Source of the DNA: a virus
Taxonomy: Duplodnaviria > Heunggongvirae > Uroviricota > Caudoviricetes
DNA length: 36,024 bases
Direction: 5' to 3' (one strand)
Virus record (IMG/VR): IMGVR_UViG_2609459800_000003
A model generated the notes under the pieces. The model had not been told where the DNA came from and did no database searches. It saw only the letters and a list, made by a program, of their open reading frames with translations. Positions 27,691 to 36,024 of this stretch are shown in pieces. A program made the translations under genes and the position numbers. Position 1 is the stretch's first letter; every line of letters begins with the position of its first letter.

Positions 27691-27786
27691 ATCTGTTGTT
27701 TCATCCACTGACCAGCCAGGTCAAATAGCGTCTCATGCACTGCCCAACAGAAAATAGTTGCACCCATTAACCACGGAGTTAAACGG

Positions 27787-28977
27787 ATGAGTGACTATCA
27801 TCACGGCGTGCAGGTGCTGGAGATTAACGACGGCACCCGCGTCATTTCCACCGTATCCACCGCCATTGTTGGCATGGTCTGCACGGCCAGCGATGCGGAT
27901 GCGGAAATCTTCCCCCTCAATAAACCGGTGCTGATTACCAATGTGCAGAGCGCAATTGCAAAGGCCGGTAAAAAAGGCACGCTGGCGGCGTCGTTACAGG
28001 CCATCGCTGACCAGTCAAAACCGGTCACCGTTGTCGTACGTGTGGAAGACGGCACTGGCGACGACGAGGAAACGAAACTCGCGCAGACCGTTTCCAATAT
28101 CATCGGCACTACCGACGAAAACGGTCAGTACACCGGACTGAAAGCCCTGCTGGCGGCGGAGTCGGTAACCGGTGTTAAACCGCGTATTCTCGGTGTGCCG
28201 GGGCTGGATACCAAAGAGGTGGCTGTTGCACTGGCATCAGTCTGTCAGAAGCTGCGCGCTTTCGGGTATATCAGCGCATGGGGCTGTAAAACCATTTCCG
28301 AGGTGAAAGCTTACCGCCAGAATTTCAGCCAGCGTGAGCTGATGGTCATCTGGCCGGATTTCCTCGCATGGGATACGGTCGCCAGTACCACCGCCACCGC
28401 GTATGCCACCGCCCGTGCGCTGGGTCTGCGCGCTAAAATCGACCAGGAGCAGGGCTGGCATAAAACGCTGTCCAACGTCGGGGTGAACGGTGTTACCGGC
28501 ATCAGCGCATCTGTATTCTGGGATTTGCAGGAGTCCGGTACTGATGCTGACCTGCTTAACGAGTCAGGTGTCACTACGCTGATTCGCCGCGACGGTTTCC
28601 GCTTCTGGGGTAACCGTACCTGCTCTGATGACCCGCTGTTCCTCTTTGAAAACTACACCCGCACCGCGCAGGTGTTGGCCGACACGATGGCTGAGGCGCA
28701 CATGTGGGCGGTGGATAAGCCCATCACCGCAACGCTGATTCGCGACATCGTTGACGGCATCAATGCCAAATTCCGTGAGCTGAAAACAAACGGCTATATC
28801 GTGGATGCGACCTGCTGGTTCAGCGAAGAATCCAACGATGCGGAAACCCTCAAGGCCGGAAAACTGTATATCGACTACGACTATACACCGGTGCCTCCTC
28901 TCGAAAACCTGACCCTGCGCCAGCGTATTACCGATAAATACCTGGCAAATCTGGTCACCTCGGTTAACAGCAATTAA
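27787..28977 (+). CDS. FI: tail sheath protein FI
   Basis: 396 aa as in P2 FI; GGAG Shine-Dalgarno. Confidence 0.93.
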   Translation: MSDYHHGVQVLEINDGTRVISTVSTAIVGMVCTASDADAEIFPLNKPVLITNVQSAIAKAGKKGTLAASLQAIADQSKPVTVVVRVEDGTGDDEETKLAQTVSNIIGTTDENGQYTGLKALLAAESVTGVKPRILGVPGLDTKEVAVALASVCQKLRAFGYISAWGCKTISEVKAYRQNFSQRELMVIWPDFLAWDTVASTTATAYATARALGLRAKIDQEQGWHKTLSNVGVNGVTGISASVFWDLQESGTDADLLNESGVTTLIRRDGFRFWGNRTCSDDPLFLFENYTRTAQVLADTMAEAHMWAVDKPITATLIRDIVDGINAKFRELKTNGYIVDATCWFSEESNDAETLKAGKLYIDYDYTPVPPLENLTLRQRITDKYLANLVTSVNSN

Positions 28978-28989
28978 GGAGCCTGACCG

Positions 28990-29508
28990 ATGGCAATGCC
29001 GCGCAAACTCAAGTTAATGAACGTCTTTCTGAACGGCTACAGCTATCAGGGCGTCGCAAAGTCCGTCACGCTGCCAAAACTGACCCGTAAGCTCGAAAAC
29101 TATCGCGGTGCGGGGATGAACGGCAGCGCACCGGTAGACCTCGGCCTTGATGACGATGCGCTGTCAATGGAGTGGTCGCTCGGGGGCTTCCCGGATTCGG
29201 TTATCTGGGAGCTTTACGCCGCAACCGGTGTGGATGCCGTGCCGATTCGTTTTGCAGGCTCTTACCAGCGCGACGATACCGGCGAAACGGTGGCCGTCGA
29301 GGTGGTCATGCGTGGACGTCAGAAAGAAATCGACACCGGCGAGGGTAAACAGGGAGAAGACACCGAGTCGAAAATCTCCGTGGTCTGCACCTATTTCCGG
29401 CTGACGATGGACGGTAAGGAGCTGGTCGAAATCGACACCATCAACATGATTGAGAAGGTGAACGGCGTCGACCGGCTGGAGCAACACCGCTGCAATATCG
29501 GCCTGTGA
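28990..29508 (+). CDS. FII: tail tube protein FII
   Basis: 172 aa as in P2 FII. Confidence 0.93.
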   Translation: MAMPRKLKLMNVFLNGYSYQGVAKSVTLPKLTRKLENYRGAGMNGSAPVDLGLDDDALSMEWSLGGFPDSVIWELYAATGVDAVPIRFAGSYQRDDTGETVAVEVVMRGRQKEIDTGEGKQGEDTESKISVVCTYFRLTMDGKELVEIDTINMIEKVNGVDRLEQHRCNIGL

Positions 29509-29564
29509 TTTTCATACGGTCAGCCAGGCTGACCGGTTAACCCCGATTCAGAAGTGAGAAAACC

Positions 29565-29840
29565 ATGGACAAAGAAAATGTCATTACCCTGGAAAATCCG
29601 GTCAAACGTGGTGAGCAGGTTATCGAACAGGTCACGCTGATGAAACCCAGTGCCGGGACGCTGCGCGGTGTCAGTCTGGCTGCGGTCGCAAACTCCGAAG
29701 TCGATGCACTGATTAAAGTGCTGCCGCGCATGACGGCACCGATGCTGACCGAGCAGGAAGTCGCCGCGCTGGAACTGCCTGACCTTGTGGCGCTGGCCGG
29801 TAAGGTGGTCGGTTTTTTGTCGCCGAACTCGGTGCAGTAA
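29565..29840 (+). CDS. E: tail assembly chaperone E
   Basis: 91 aa as in P2 E; slippery run GGTTTTTTG at 29811..29819 near the 3' end. Confidence 0.9.
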   Translation: MDKENVITLENPVKRGEQVIEQVTLMKPSAGTLRGVSLAAVANSEVDALIKVLPRMTAPMLTEQEVAALELPDLVALAGKVVGFLSPNSVQ

Positions 29841-29992
29841 CGTTTCCTAAAAATCTGTCGGTCGATGACCTGATGGCGGATGTGGCAGTGATATTTCACT
29901 GGCCGCCATCAGAACTGTATCCCATGAGTCTGACCGAACTCATCACATGGCGCGAAAAGGCGCTCCGGCGAAGCGGAAACACGAATGAGTAA
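29565..29992 (+). CDS. tail assembly chaperone E+E' (programmed -1 frameshift product)
   Basis: After a -1 slip on the T6 run (29813..29818) the reading frame stays open to the TAA at 29990..29992, giving 84 + 58 = 142 aa, which is the P2 E+E' size as I recall; the extension overlaps the T start (29985). Translated by hand from the sequence. Confidence 0.75.
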
Positions 29993-32432
29993 CAATGTAA
30001 AATTACAGGTATTGCTCAGGGCTGTTGACCAGGCATCCCGCCCGTTTAAATCCATCCGCACAGCGAGCAAATCGCTGTCGGGGGATATCCGGGAAACACA
30101 AAAATCACTGCGCGAGCTGAACGGTCAGGCATCCCGTATTGAGGGATTCCGCAAGACCAGTGCACAGCTCGCCGTGACTGGTCATGCACTTGAAAAGGCA
30201 CGGCAGGAGGCCGAAGCCCTTGCCACACAGTTTAAAAACACCGAGCGTCCGACCCGTGCTCAGGCGAAAGTGCTGGAATCCGCAAAGCGAGCAGCGGAGG
30301 ACTTACAGGCGAAATATAACCGCCTGACGGATTCCGTTAAACGCCAGCAGCGGGAACTGGCTGCTGTGGGAATTAATACCCGCAATCTTGCACATGATGA
30401 GCAGGGGCTGAAAAACCGTATCAGTGAAACCACCGCGCAGCTTAACCGGCAGCGTGACGCGCTGGCGCGTGTCAGTGCGCAACAGGCAAAACTTAACGCA
30501 GTAAAACAGCGTTATCAGGCCGGAAAGGAACTGGCCGGAAATATGGCCTCAGTGGGCGCTGCCGGTGTGGGGATTGCGGCGGCGGGAACGATGGCCGGTG
30601 TTAAGCTACTGATGCCCGGTTATGAGTTTGCGCAGAAAAACTCAGAATTGCAGGCCGTGCTCGGAGTGGCAAAAGACTCCGCCGAAATGGCTGCACTACG
30701 CAAGCAGGCGCGCCAGCTCGGCGATAATACCGCCGCCTCGGCGGATGATGCGGCCGGTGCGCAGATTATCATTGCGAAAGCCGGTGGGGATGTTGATGCC
30801 ATTCAGGCGGCAACGCCGGTCACACTGAATATGGCGCTGGCGAACCGCCGCACGATGGAAGAAAACGCCGCCCTGCTGATGGGGATGAAATCTGCCTTTC
30901 AGCTTTCAAACGATAAGGTCGCTCATATCGGGGATGTTCTCTCCATGACGATGAACAAAACCGCCGCCGATTTTGACGGCATGAGCGATGCGCTGACCTA
31001 TGCCGCACCTGTGGCAAAAAATGCCGGTGTCAGCATTGAAGAAACCGCCGCGATGGTCGGGGCGCTGCATGATGCAAAAATCACAGGCTCAATGGCGGGG
31101 ACGGGAAGCCGTGCCGTGTTAAGCCGCCTGCAGGCACCGACGGGAAAAGCATGGGATGCACTCAAAGAGCTTGGTGTGAAAACCTCAGACAGTAAGGGAA
31201 ACAGCCGGCCAGTATTTACCATTCTGAAAGAAATGCAGGCCAGTTTTGAGAAAAACCGGCTCGGTACTGCCCAGCAGGCTGAATACATGAAAACTATTTT
31301 CGGGGAGGAGGCCAGCTCAGCCGCCGCCGTGCTGATGGCTGCCGCCTCAACCGGAAAGCTAGACAAACTGACCGCTGCGTTTAAAGCCTCAGACGGAAAG
31401 ACCGCAGAGCTGGTAAATATCATGCAGGACAACCTCGGCGGTGACTTTAAGGAGTTTCAGTCCGCTTATGAGGCGGTGGGGACTGACCTGTTTGACCAGC
31501 AGGAAGGGGTGCTGCGTAAGCTCACGCAGACGGCCACAAAGTATGTGTTAAAACTCGACGGCTGGATACAGAAAAATAAATCACTGGCGTCAACCATTGG
31601 CCTCATTGCCGGTGGCGCGCTGGCGCTGACTGGTGTCATCGGTGCCATTGGCCTCGTAGCCTGGCCGGTTATCACCGGCATCAATGCCATCATCGCGGCA
31701 GCAGGCGCAATGGGGGCAATCTTCACGACGGTTGGTAGTGCCGTTATGACGGCCATCGGGGCGATTAGCTGGCCGGTTGTGGCCGTGGTGGCTGCAATTG
31801 TCGCCGGGGCGTTGCTTATCCGTAAATACTGGGAGCCTGTCAGCGCATTCTTTGGCGGTGTGGTGGAAGGGCTGAAAGCGGCATTTGCGCCGGTGGGAGA
31901 ACTGTTCACGCCACTTAAGCCGGTGTTTGACTGGCTGGGTGAAAAGTTACAGGCCGCGTGGCAGTGGTTTAAAAACCTGATTGCCCCGGTTAAAGCCACC
32001 CAGGACACCCTGAACCGTTGCCGTGACACGGGCGTCATGTTCGGGCAGGCACTGGCTGACGCGCTGATGCTGCCGCTTAATGCGTTCAACAAACTGCGCA
32101 GCGGTATTGACTGGGTACTGGAAAAACTCGGTGTTATCAACAAAGAGTCAGACACACTTGACCAGACCGCCGCAAGGACTCATGCCGCCACGTATGGCAC
32201 CGGCGGTTATATTCCGGCGACCAGCTCTTATGCAGGCTATCAGGCTTATCAGCCGGTCACGGCACCGGCTGGTCGCTCTTATGTGGACCAGAGTAAAAAC
32301 GAATATCACATCAACCTGACGGGCGGTACTGCGCCGGGGACACAGCTTGACCGCCAGTTACAGGATGCGCTCGAAAAATACGAGCGGGATAAACGTGCGC
32401 GCGCCCGTGCCAGCATGATGCATGACGGTTAA
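29985..32432 (+). CDS. T: tail tape measure protein T
   Basis: 815 aa as in P2 T; coiled-coil N-terminus, Gly/Ala-rich hydrophobic central segment. Confidence 0.93.
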   Translation: MSNNVKLQVLLRAVDQASRPFKSIRTASKSLSGDIRETQKSLRELNGQASRIEGFRKTSAQLAVTGHALEKARQEAEALATQFKNTERPTRAQAKVLESAKRAAEDLQAKYNRLTDSVKRQQRELAAVGINTRNLAHDEQGLKNRISETTAQLNRQRDALARVSAQQAKLNAVKQRYQAGKELAGNMASVGAAGVGIAAAGTMAGVKLLMPGYEFAQKNSELQAVLGVAKDSAEMAALRKQARQLGDNTAASADDAAGAQIIIAKAGGDVDAIQAATPVTLNMALANRRTMEENAALLMGMKSAFQLSNDKVAHIGDVLSMTMNKTAADFDGMSDALTYAAPVAKNAGVSIEETAAMVGALHDAKITGSMAGTGSRAVLSRLQAPTGKAWDALKELGVKTSDSKGNSRPVFTILKEMQASFEKNRLGTAQQAEYMKTIFGEEASSAAAVLMAAASTGKLDKLTAAFKASDGKTAELVNIMQDNLGGDFKEFQSAYEAVGTDLFDQQEGVLRKLTQTATKYVLKLDGWIQKNKSLASTIGLIAGGALALTGVIGAIGLVAWPVITGINAIIAAAGAMGAIFTTVGSAVMTAIGAISWPVVAVVAAIVAGALLIRKYWEPVSAFFGGVVEGLKAAFAPVGELFTPLKPVFDWLGEKLQAAWQWFKNLIAPVKATQDTLNRCRDTGVMFGQALADALMLPLNAFNKLRSGIDWVLEKLGVINKESDTLDQTAARTHAATYGTGGYIPATSSYAGYQAYQPVTAPAGRSYVDQSKNEYHINLTGGTAPGTQLDRQLQDALEKYERDKRARARASMMHDG

Positions 32433-32446
32433 GGAGGTGACGAAAA

Positions 32447-32926
32447 ATGATGCTCGCGTTAGGTATGTTTGTTTTTATGCGCCAGACGTTGCCACACCAG
32501 ACCATGCAGCGTGAATCTGATTATCGCTGGCCGTCAAATTCCCGTATCGGTAAACGGGATGCCTATCAGTTTCTCGGCGTTGGCGAGGAAAACATCACGC
32601 TTGCCGGTGTGCTTTATCCCGAACTGACCGGCGGAAAGCTGACGATGACCACGCTCAGGCTGATGGCAGAGGAAGGCCGGGCGTGGCCGTTGCTGGATGG
32701 CACAGGCATGATTTACGGCATGTATGTCATCAGCAGGGTGAGTGAAACAGGGAGTATTTTCTTTGCAGACGGCACACCCCGGAAAATTGATTTTACGCTG
32801 TCACTTACCCGCGTTGATGAATCACTGGCCGCGCTTTATGGCGATATCGGTAAACAGGCGGAATCGCTCATCGGTAAGGCGGGCAGTATGGCAACTAAAT
32901 TCACGGGTATGACGGGGGCGGGATAA
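32447..32926 (+). CDS. U: tail protein U
   Basis: 159 aa as in P2 U; AGGAGG upstream. Confidence 0.9.
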   Translation: MMLALGMFVFMRQTLPHQTMQRESDYRWPSNSRIGKRDAYQFLGVGEENITLAGVLYPELTGGKLTMTTLRLMAEEGRAWPLLDGTGMIYGMYVISRVSETGSIFFADGTPRKIDFTLSLTRVDESLAALYGDIGKQAESLIGKAGSMATKFTGMTGAG

Positions 32927-34089
32927 TGCTGGATACGCTGACATTTGATGCAGGCAGTACGCTGACGCCGGATTACATGCTGATGCTCGACAGCAGGGAT
33001 ATTACCGGCAATATCAGCGACCGTCTGATGAGCATGACCCTGACGGATAACCGGGGCTTTGAGGCTGACCAGCTTGATATTGAACTGAACGATGCCGACG
33101 GGCAGGTCGGGCTGCCGGTTCGTGGCGCTGTCCTGACGGTGTATATCGGCTGGAAAGGTTTTGCCCTGGTATGCAAAGGGAAATTTACCGTTGATGAGGT
33201 TGAACACCGGGGCGCGCCGGATGTGGTCACCATCCGTGCCCGGAGTGCAGATTTTCGCGGGACGCTCAATTCCCGCCGGGAAGGCTCCTGGCATGACACC
33301 ACGCTCGGTGCGATTGTTGAGGCGATAGCCACCCGTAACAGGCTGGAAGCCAGTGTTGCTCCGTCACTGGCCGGAATTAAAATCCCGCACATCGACCAGT
33401 CGCAGGAGTCTGATGCGAAATTCCTGACCCGTCTTGCTGAACGCAACGGCGGTGAGGTGTCGGTAAAAATGGGAAAACTGCTGTTTCTCAAAGCGGGGCA
33501 GGGGGTGACTGCCAGCGGTAAAAAAATCCCGCAGATTACCATCACCCGCAGCGACGGTGACCGTCATCATTTTGCGATTGCTGATCGTGGAGCCTATACC
33601 GGCGTAACGGCAAAGTGGTTACACACCAAAGACCCGAAACCACAAAAGCAGAAGGTAAAACTGAAACGCAAAAAGAAAGAAAAACACCTGCGCGCACTGG
33701 AGCACCCGAAAGCAAAACCGGTCACGCAGAAGAAAGCGCCAAAAGTACCGGAAGCGCGCGAAGGTGAATACATGGCCGGTGAGGCTGACAACGTTTTTGC
33801 CCTGACTACGGTATATGCCACGAAAGCGCAGGCCATGCGCGCCGCTCAGGCGAAGTGGGATAAACTGCAACGGGGTGTGGCGGAGTTCTCCATCAGCCTG
33901 GCTACCGGTCGGGCAGATATTTACACGGAAACACCGGTTAAAGTGTCAGGCTTTAAGCGCGTCATAGACGAGCAGGACTGGACAATCACTAAGGTGATAC
34001 ATTTTCTGAATAATAGCGGCTTCACGACGTCCTTGGAGCTTGAGGTCAGGCTTTCTGATGTGGAGTACGAAACAGAAGATGATGAGTGA
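32926..34089 (+). CDS. D: late gene D tail/baseplate hub protein
   Basis: 387 aa as in P2 D; TAATG overlap with U. Confidence 0.92.
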   Translation: MLDTLTFDAGSTLTPDYMLMLDSRDITGNISDRLMSMTLTDNRGFEADQLDIELNDADGQVGLPVRGAVLTVYIGWKGFALVCKGKFTVDEVEHRGAPDVVTIRARSADFRGTLNSRREGSWHDTTLGAIVEAIATRNRLEASVAPSLAGIKIPHIDQSQESDAKFLTRLAERNGGEVSVKMGKLLFLKAGQGVTASGKKIPQITITRSDGDRHHFAIADRGAYTGVTAKWLHTKDPKPQKQKVKLKRKKKEKHLRALEHPKAKPVTQKKAPKVPEAREGEYMAGEADNVFALTTVYATKAQAMRAAQAKWDKLQRGVAEFSISLATGRADIYTETPVKVSGFKRVIDEQDWTITKVIHFLNNSGFTTSLELEVRLSDVEYETEDDE

Positions 34090-34170
34090 TGTTTTTATTT
34101 TATCTATTTGTTTTATAAGGATAAATTAACTAAAATGGCACCATCAACAAAACCGGAAGAGGTGCTCGCG

Positions 34171-34389
34171 ATGTTTCATTGTCCTTTATGCCAGCATGCC
34201 GCACATGCGCGTACAAGCCGCTATATCACTGACACGACAAAAGAGCGTTATCACCAGTGTCAGAACGTGAATTGCAGCGCCACGTTCATCACTTATGAGT
34301 CGGTACAGCGATACATCGTAAAGCCGGGAGAAGTCCACGCCGTAAGGCCGCACCCGTTACCGTCAGGGCAGCAAATTATGTGGATGTAA
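34171..34389 (+). CDS. ogr: late gene activator Ogr (zinc-finger transcription factor)
   Basis: 72 aa from ATG 34171 (MFHCPLCQHAAHARTSRYITDTTKERYHQCQNVNCSATF...), with the C2-C2 zinc-binding cysteines; the track ORF from 34108 is an upstream extension. Confidence 0.92.
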   Translation: MFHCPLCQHAAHARTSRYITDTTKERYHQCQNVNCSATFITYESVQRYIVKPGEVHAVRPHPLPSGQQIMWM

Positions 34390-34402
34390 TTACAAACAGA
34401 AA

Positions 34403-34427
34403 GCCCCTCAGTCGAGGGGCTTTTTTT
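34403..34427 (+). terminator. rho-independent terminator after ogr
   Basis: GCCCCTC-agtc-GAGGGGC hairpin followed by TTTTTTT. Confidence 0.7.
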
Positions 34428-34491
34428 GTCGATGTGGTCAATGTGTGGACGTGACCAGAAATAAATCCTTTTATTTCATTGAATTACGTGT

Positions 34492-34518
34492 AAAAAATAA
34501 GCCCGTGTAAGGGAGATT
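34492..34518. repeat. attR core (27-bp direct repeat), also the 3' terminator end of cyaR
   Basis: Exact copy of 478..504. Confidence 0.85.
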
Positions 34519-34578
34519 ACACAGGCTAAGGAGGTGGTTCCTGGTACAGCTAGCATTTTATGGGTTATGTTTTTCAGC
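34492..34578 (-). ncRNA. cyaR: CyaR (RyeE) small regulatory RNA
   Basis: The reverse complement of 34492..34578 matches the 87-nt CyaR sequence as I remember it (GCUGAAAAACAUAACCCAUAAAAUGCUAGCUGUACCAGGAACCACCUCCUUAGCCUGUGUAAUCUCCCUUACACGGGCUUAUUUUUU); its intrinsic terminator is the att core. Not checked against Rfam. Confidence 0.7.
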
Positions 34579-34662
34579 GAAACGGATGATAACCTTAATA
34601 AATACAGCTGTATGTGATCGGTTTCTAAGAATTTTCCATCCGGGAAAAATAATCGAAATTAA

Positions 34663-36024
34663 TCACTTACCGTGGGGATTACGCGTGGTTTCCCCGGAGA
34701 AATTACGCATCAGCAGCGCGTAATTGAGCTCAAGATCCTGCGGGACCGGGAGCCACACAGTATAACCATCGCCTGGTGCTATCGGCATAGCTTCGCCTTT
34801 GGCGTTTTCCATGTGCTCAAGGGTAAAATTAATGTTGCCTTGCGGCGTCATCAGCTCAAGGCTGTCGCCAACGGAGAATTTATTTTTCACCGCTACCGCC
34901 GCGAGGTCCCCCTTGCGCTCACCGGTAAACTCACCAACAAACTGCTGGCGGTCAGAAACTGAATAACCGTATTCGTAGTTCTGATAATCGTCGTGAGTAT
35001 GACGACGCAGGAAACCTTCGGTATAGCCACGATGCGCCAGACCTTCCAGAGTTTCCAGCAGGCTGGTATCGAACGGTTTTCCCGCAGCGGCGTCATCGAT
35101 AGCTTTGCGGTAAACCTGTGCGGTGCGTGCACAATAGTAGAAAGATTTGGTACGACCTTCGATTTTCAGCGAATGCACGCCCATTTTGGTCAGGCGTTCT
35201 ACATGGGCGATGGCGCGCAGATCTTTCGAGTTCATGATGTAAGTGCCGTGCTCATCTTCAAACGCGGTCATATACTCGCCCGGACGCTGGGCCTCTTCGA
35301 TCATAAACACTTTGTCGGTTGGTGCGCCGATACCCAGCGTCGGCTCAACATTTTGCACCGGAATCGGCTCGTACTTGTGTACGATGTTGCCAACATCATC
35401 TTCTTTCCCTTCCTGGACGTTGTACTCCCAGCGGCAGGCGTTGGTGCAGGTGCCCTGGTTCGGGTCGCGCTTGTTGATATAGCCAGAGAGCAGGCAGCGA
35501 CCGGAGTAGGCCATGCACAGCGCGCCGTGAACGAAGATCTCGATCTCCATATCCGGCACCTGATTGCGGATCTCTTCAATCTCTTCCAGCGACAGCTCGC
35601 GAGAGAGGATCACGCGGGTCAGGCCCATTTGCTGCCAGAATTTCACCGTCGCCCAGTTCACGGCGTTAGCCTGCACCGAAAGGTGGATCGGCATTTCAGG
35701 GAAGTGCTCACGCACCAGCATAATCAGCCCTGGATCGGACATAATCAGCGCATCCGGCCCCATTTCCACCACCGGTTTCAGGTCACGGATAAAGGTTTTC
35801 AGCTTGGCGTTGTGCGGTGCAATGTTGACCACGACATAAAACTTTTTCCCCAGCGCGTGGGCTTCATTGATGCCGAGCTGAAGATTTTCGTGGTTGAATT
35901 CGTTGTTGCGCACACGCAGGGAATAACGCGGCTGGCCCGCATAAACAGCATCTGCGCCATAAGCGAAAGCGTAACGCATATTTTTCAGCGTTCCCGCCGG
36001 GGAAAGGAGTTCCGGTTTAAACAT
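34663..36024 (-). CDS. yegQ: peptidase U32 family protein YegQ
   Basis: 453 aa, the size of the E. coli yegQ product; U32-type conserved cysteine region (...GALCMAYSGRCLLSGY...CTNACRW); adjacent to cyaR as in E. coli K-12. Confidence 0.8.
   Translation of the reverse strand: MFKPELLSPAGTLKNMRYAFAYGADAVYAGQPRYSLRVRNNEFNHENLQLGINEAHALGKKFYVVVNIAPHNAKLKTFIRDLKPVVEMGPDALIMSDPGLIMLVREHFPEMPIHLSVQANAVNWATVKFWQQMGLTRVILSRELSLEEIEEIRNQVPDMEIEIFVHGALCMAYSGRCLLSGYINKRDPNQGTCTNACRWEYNVQEGKEDDVGNIVHKYEPIPVQNVEPTLGIGAPTDKVFMIEEAQRPGEYMTAFEDEHGTYIMNSKDLRAIAHVERLTKMGVHSLKIEGRTKSFYYCARTAQVYRKAIDDAAAGKPFDTSLLETLEGLAHRGYTEGFLRRHTHDDYQNYEYGYSVSDRQQFVGEFTGERKGDLAAVAVKNKFSVGDSLELMTPQGNINFTLEHMENAKGEAMPIAPGDGYTVWLPVPQDLELNYALLMRNFSGETTRNPHGK

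Larger units (their letters stand above)
478..34518. mobile_element. P2-like temperate myovirus prophage, attL to attR, apparently intact
   Basis: Complete canonical P2 gene set in prophage order, with no visible frameshifts or truncations in core genes; bounded by a 27-bp perfect direct repeat; cos site present internally. Confidence 0.9.

Noticed and set aside
30998-33545. Long minus-strand ORFs (30998..31432, 31466..32155, 32973..33545) with Ala/Ser-rich low-complexity translations
   Set aside because: They are antisense to the tape measure T and D genes; their composition reflects the reverse complement of GC-rich codons.
34579-34662. Possible CRP-binding site for cyaR upstream of its 5' end (TGTGA-containing stretch near 34605..34625)
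   Set aside because: Only one half-site is clearly recognisable by eye; I cannot place the dyad confidently.
1-36024. Search for CRISPR arrays, tRNA or rRNA genes
   Set aside because: No regularly spaced short direct repeats, no cloverleaf-like tRNA candidates and no rRNA-like conserved blocks were seen; P2 integrates at cyaR, not a tRNA.

Overview
The window holds an apparently intact P2-like (Peduovirus-type) prophage of about 34 kb (478..34518), integrated into the 3' end of the sRNA gene cyaR between host genes yegR-like (1..318) and yegQ (34663..36024), as in Escherichia/Enterobacteriaceae. It is bounded by a perfect 27-bp direct repeat (attL 478..504, attR 34492..34518). Gene order is the canonical P2 prophage order: int, C, cox, B, orf80-83, A, [cargo], cos, Q, P, O, N, M, L, X, Y, K, lysA, lysB/lysC, R, S, V, W, J, I, H, G, [cargo], FI, FII, E/E', T, U, D, ogr. 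All P2 calls come from my recollection of P2 protein sequences, sizes and synteny; no database search was run. Two AT-rich cargo islands sit at the two known P2 variable loci. Between A and cos (the tin/old position, about 6.4..12.1 kb) there is a DUF3850/ASCH-like gene, an uncharacterised two-gene module (78-aa protein plus 253-aa three-helix membrane protein), and a convergent operon of a classic AAA+ ATPase with a subtilisin-like S8 protease, which resembles the ietAS defence system. Between G and FI (the Z/fun position, about 26.7..27.8 kb) there are two small ORFs, one a two-helix membrane protein. The uncharacterised two-gene module and the Z/fun cargo are the best candidates for an undescribed anti-phage or exclusion function. 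No CRISPR array, tRNA or rRNA was seen.
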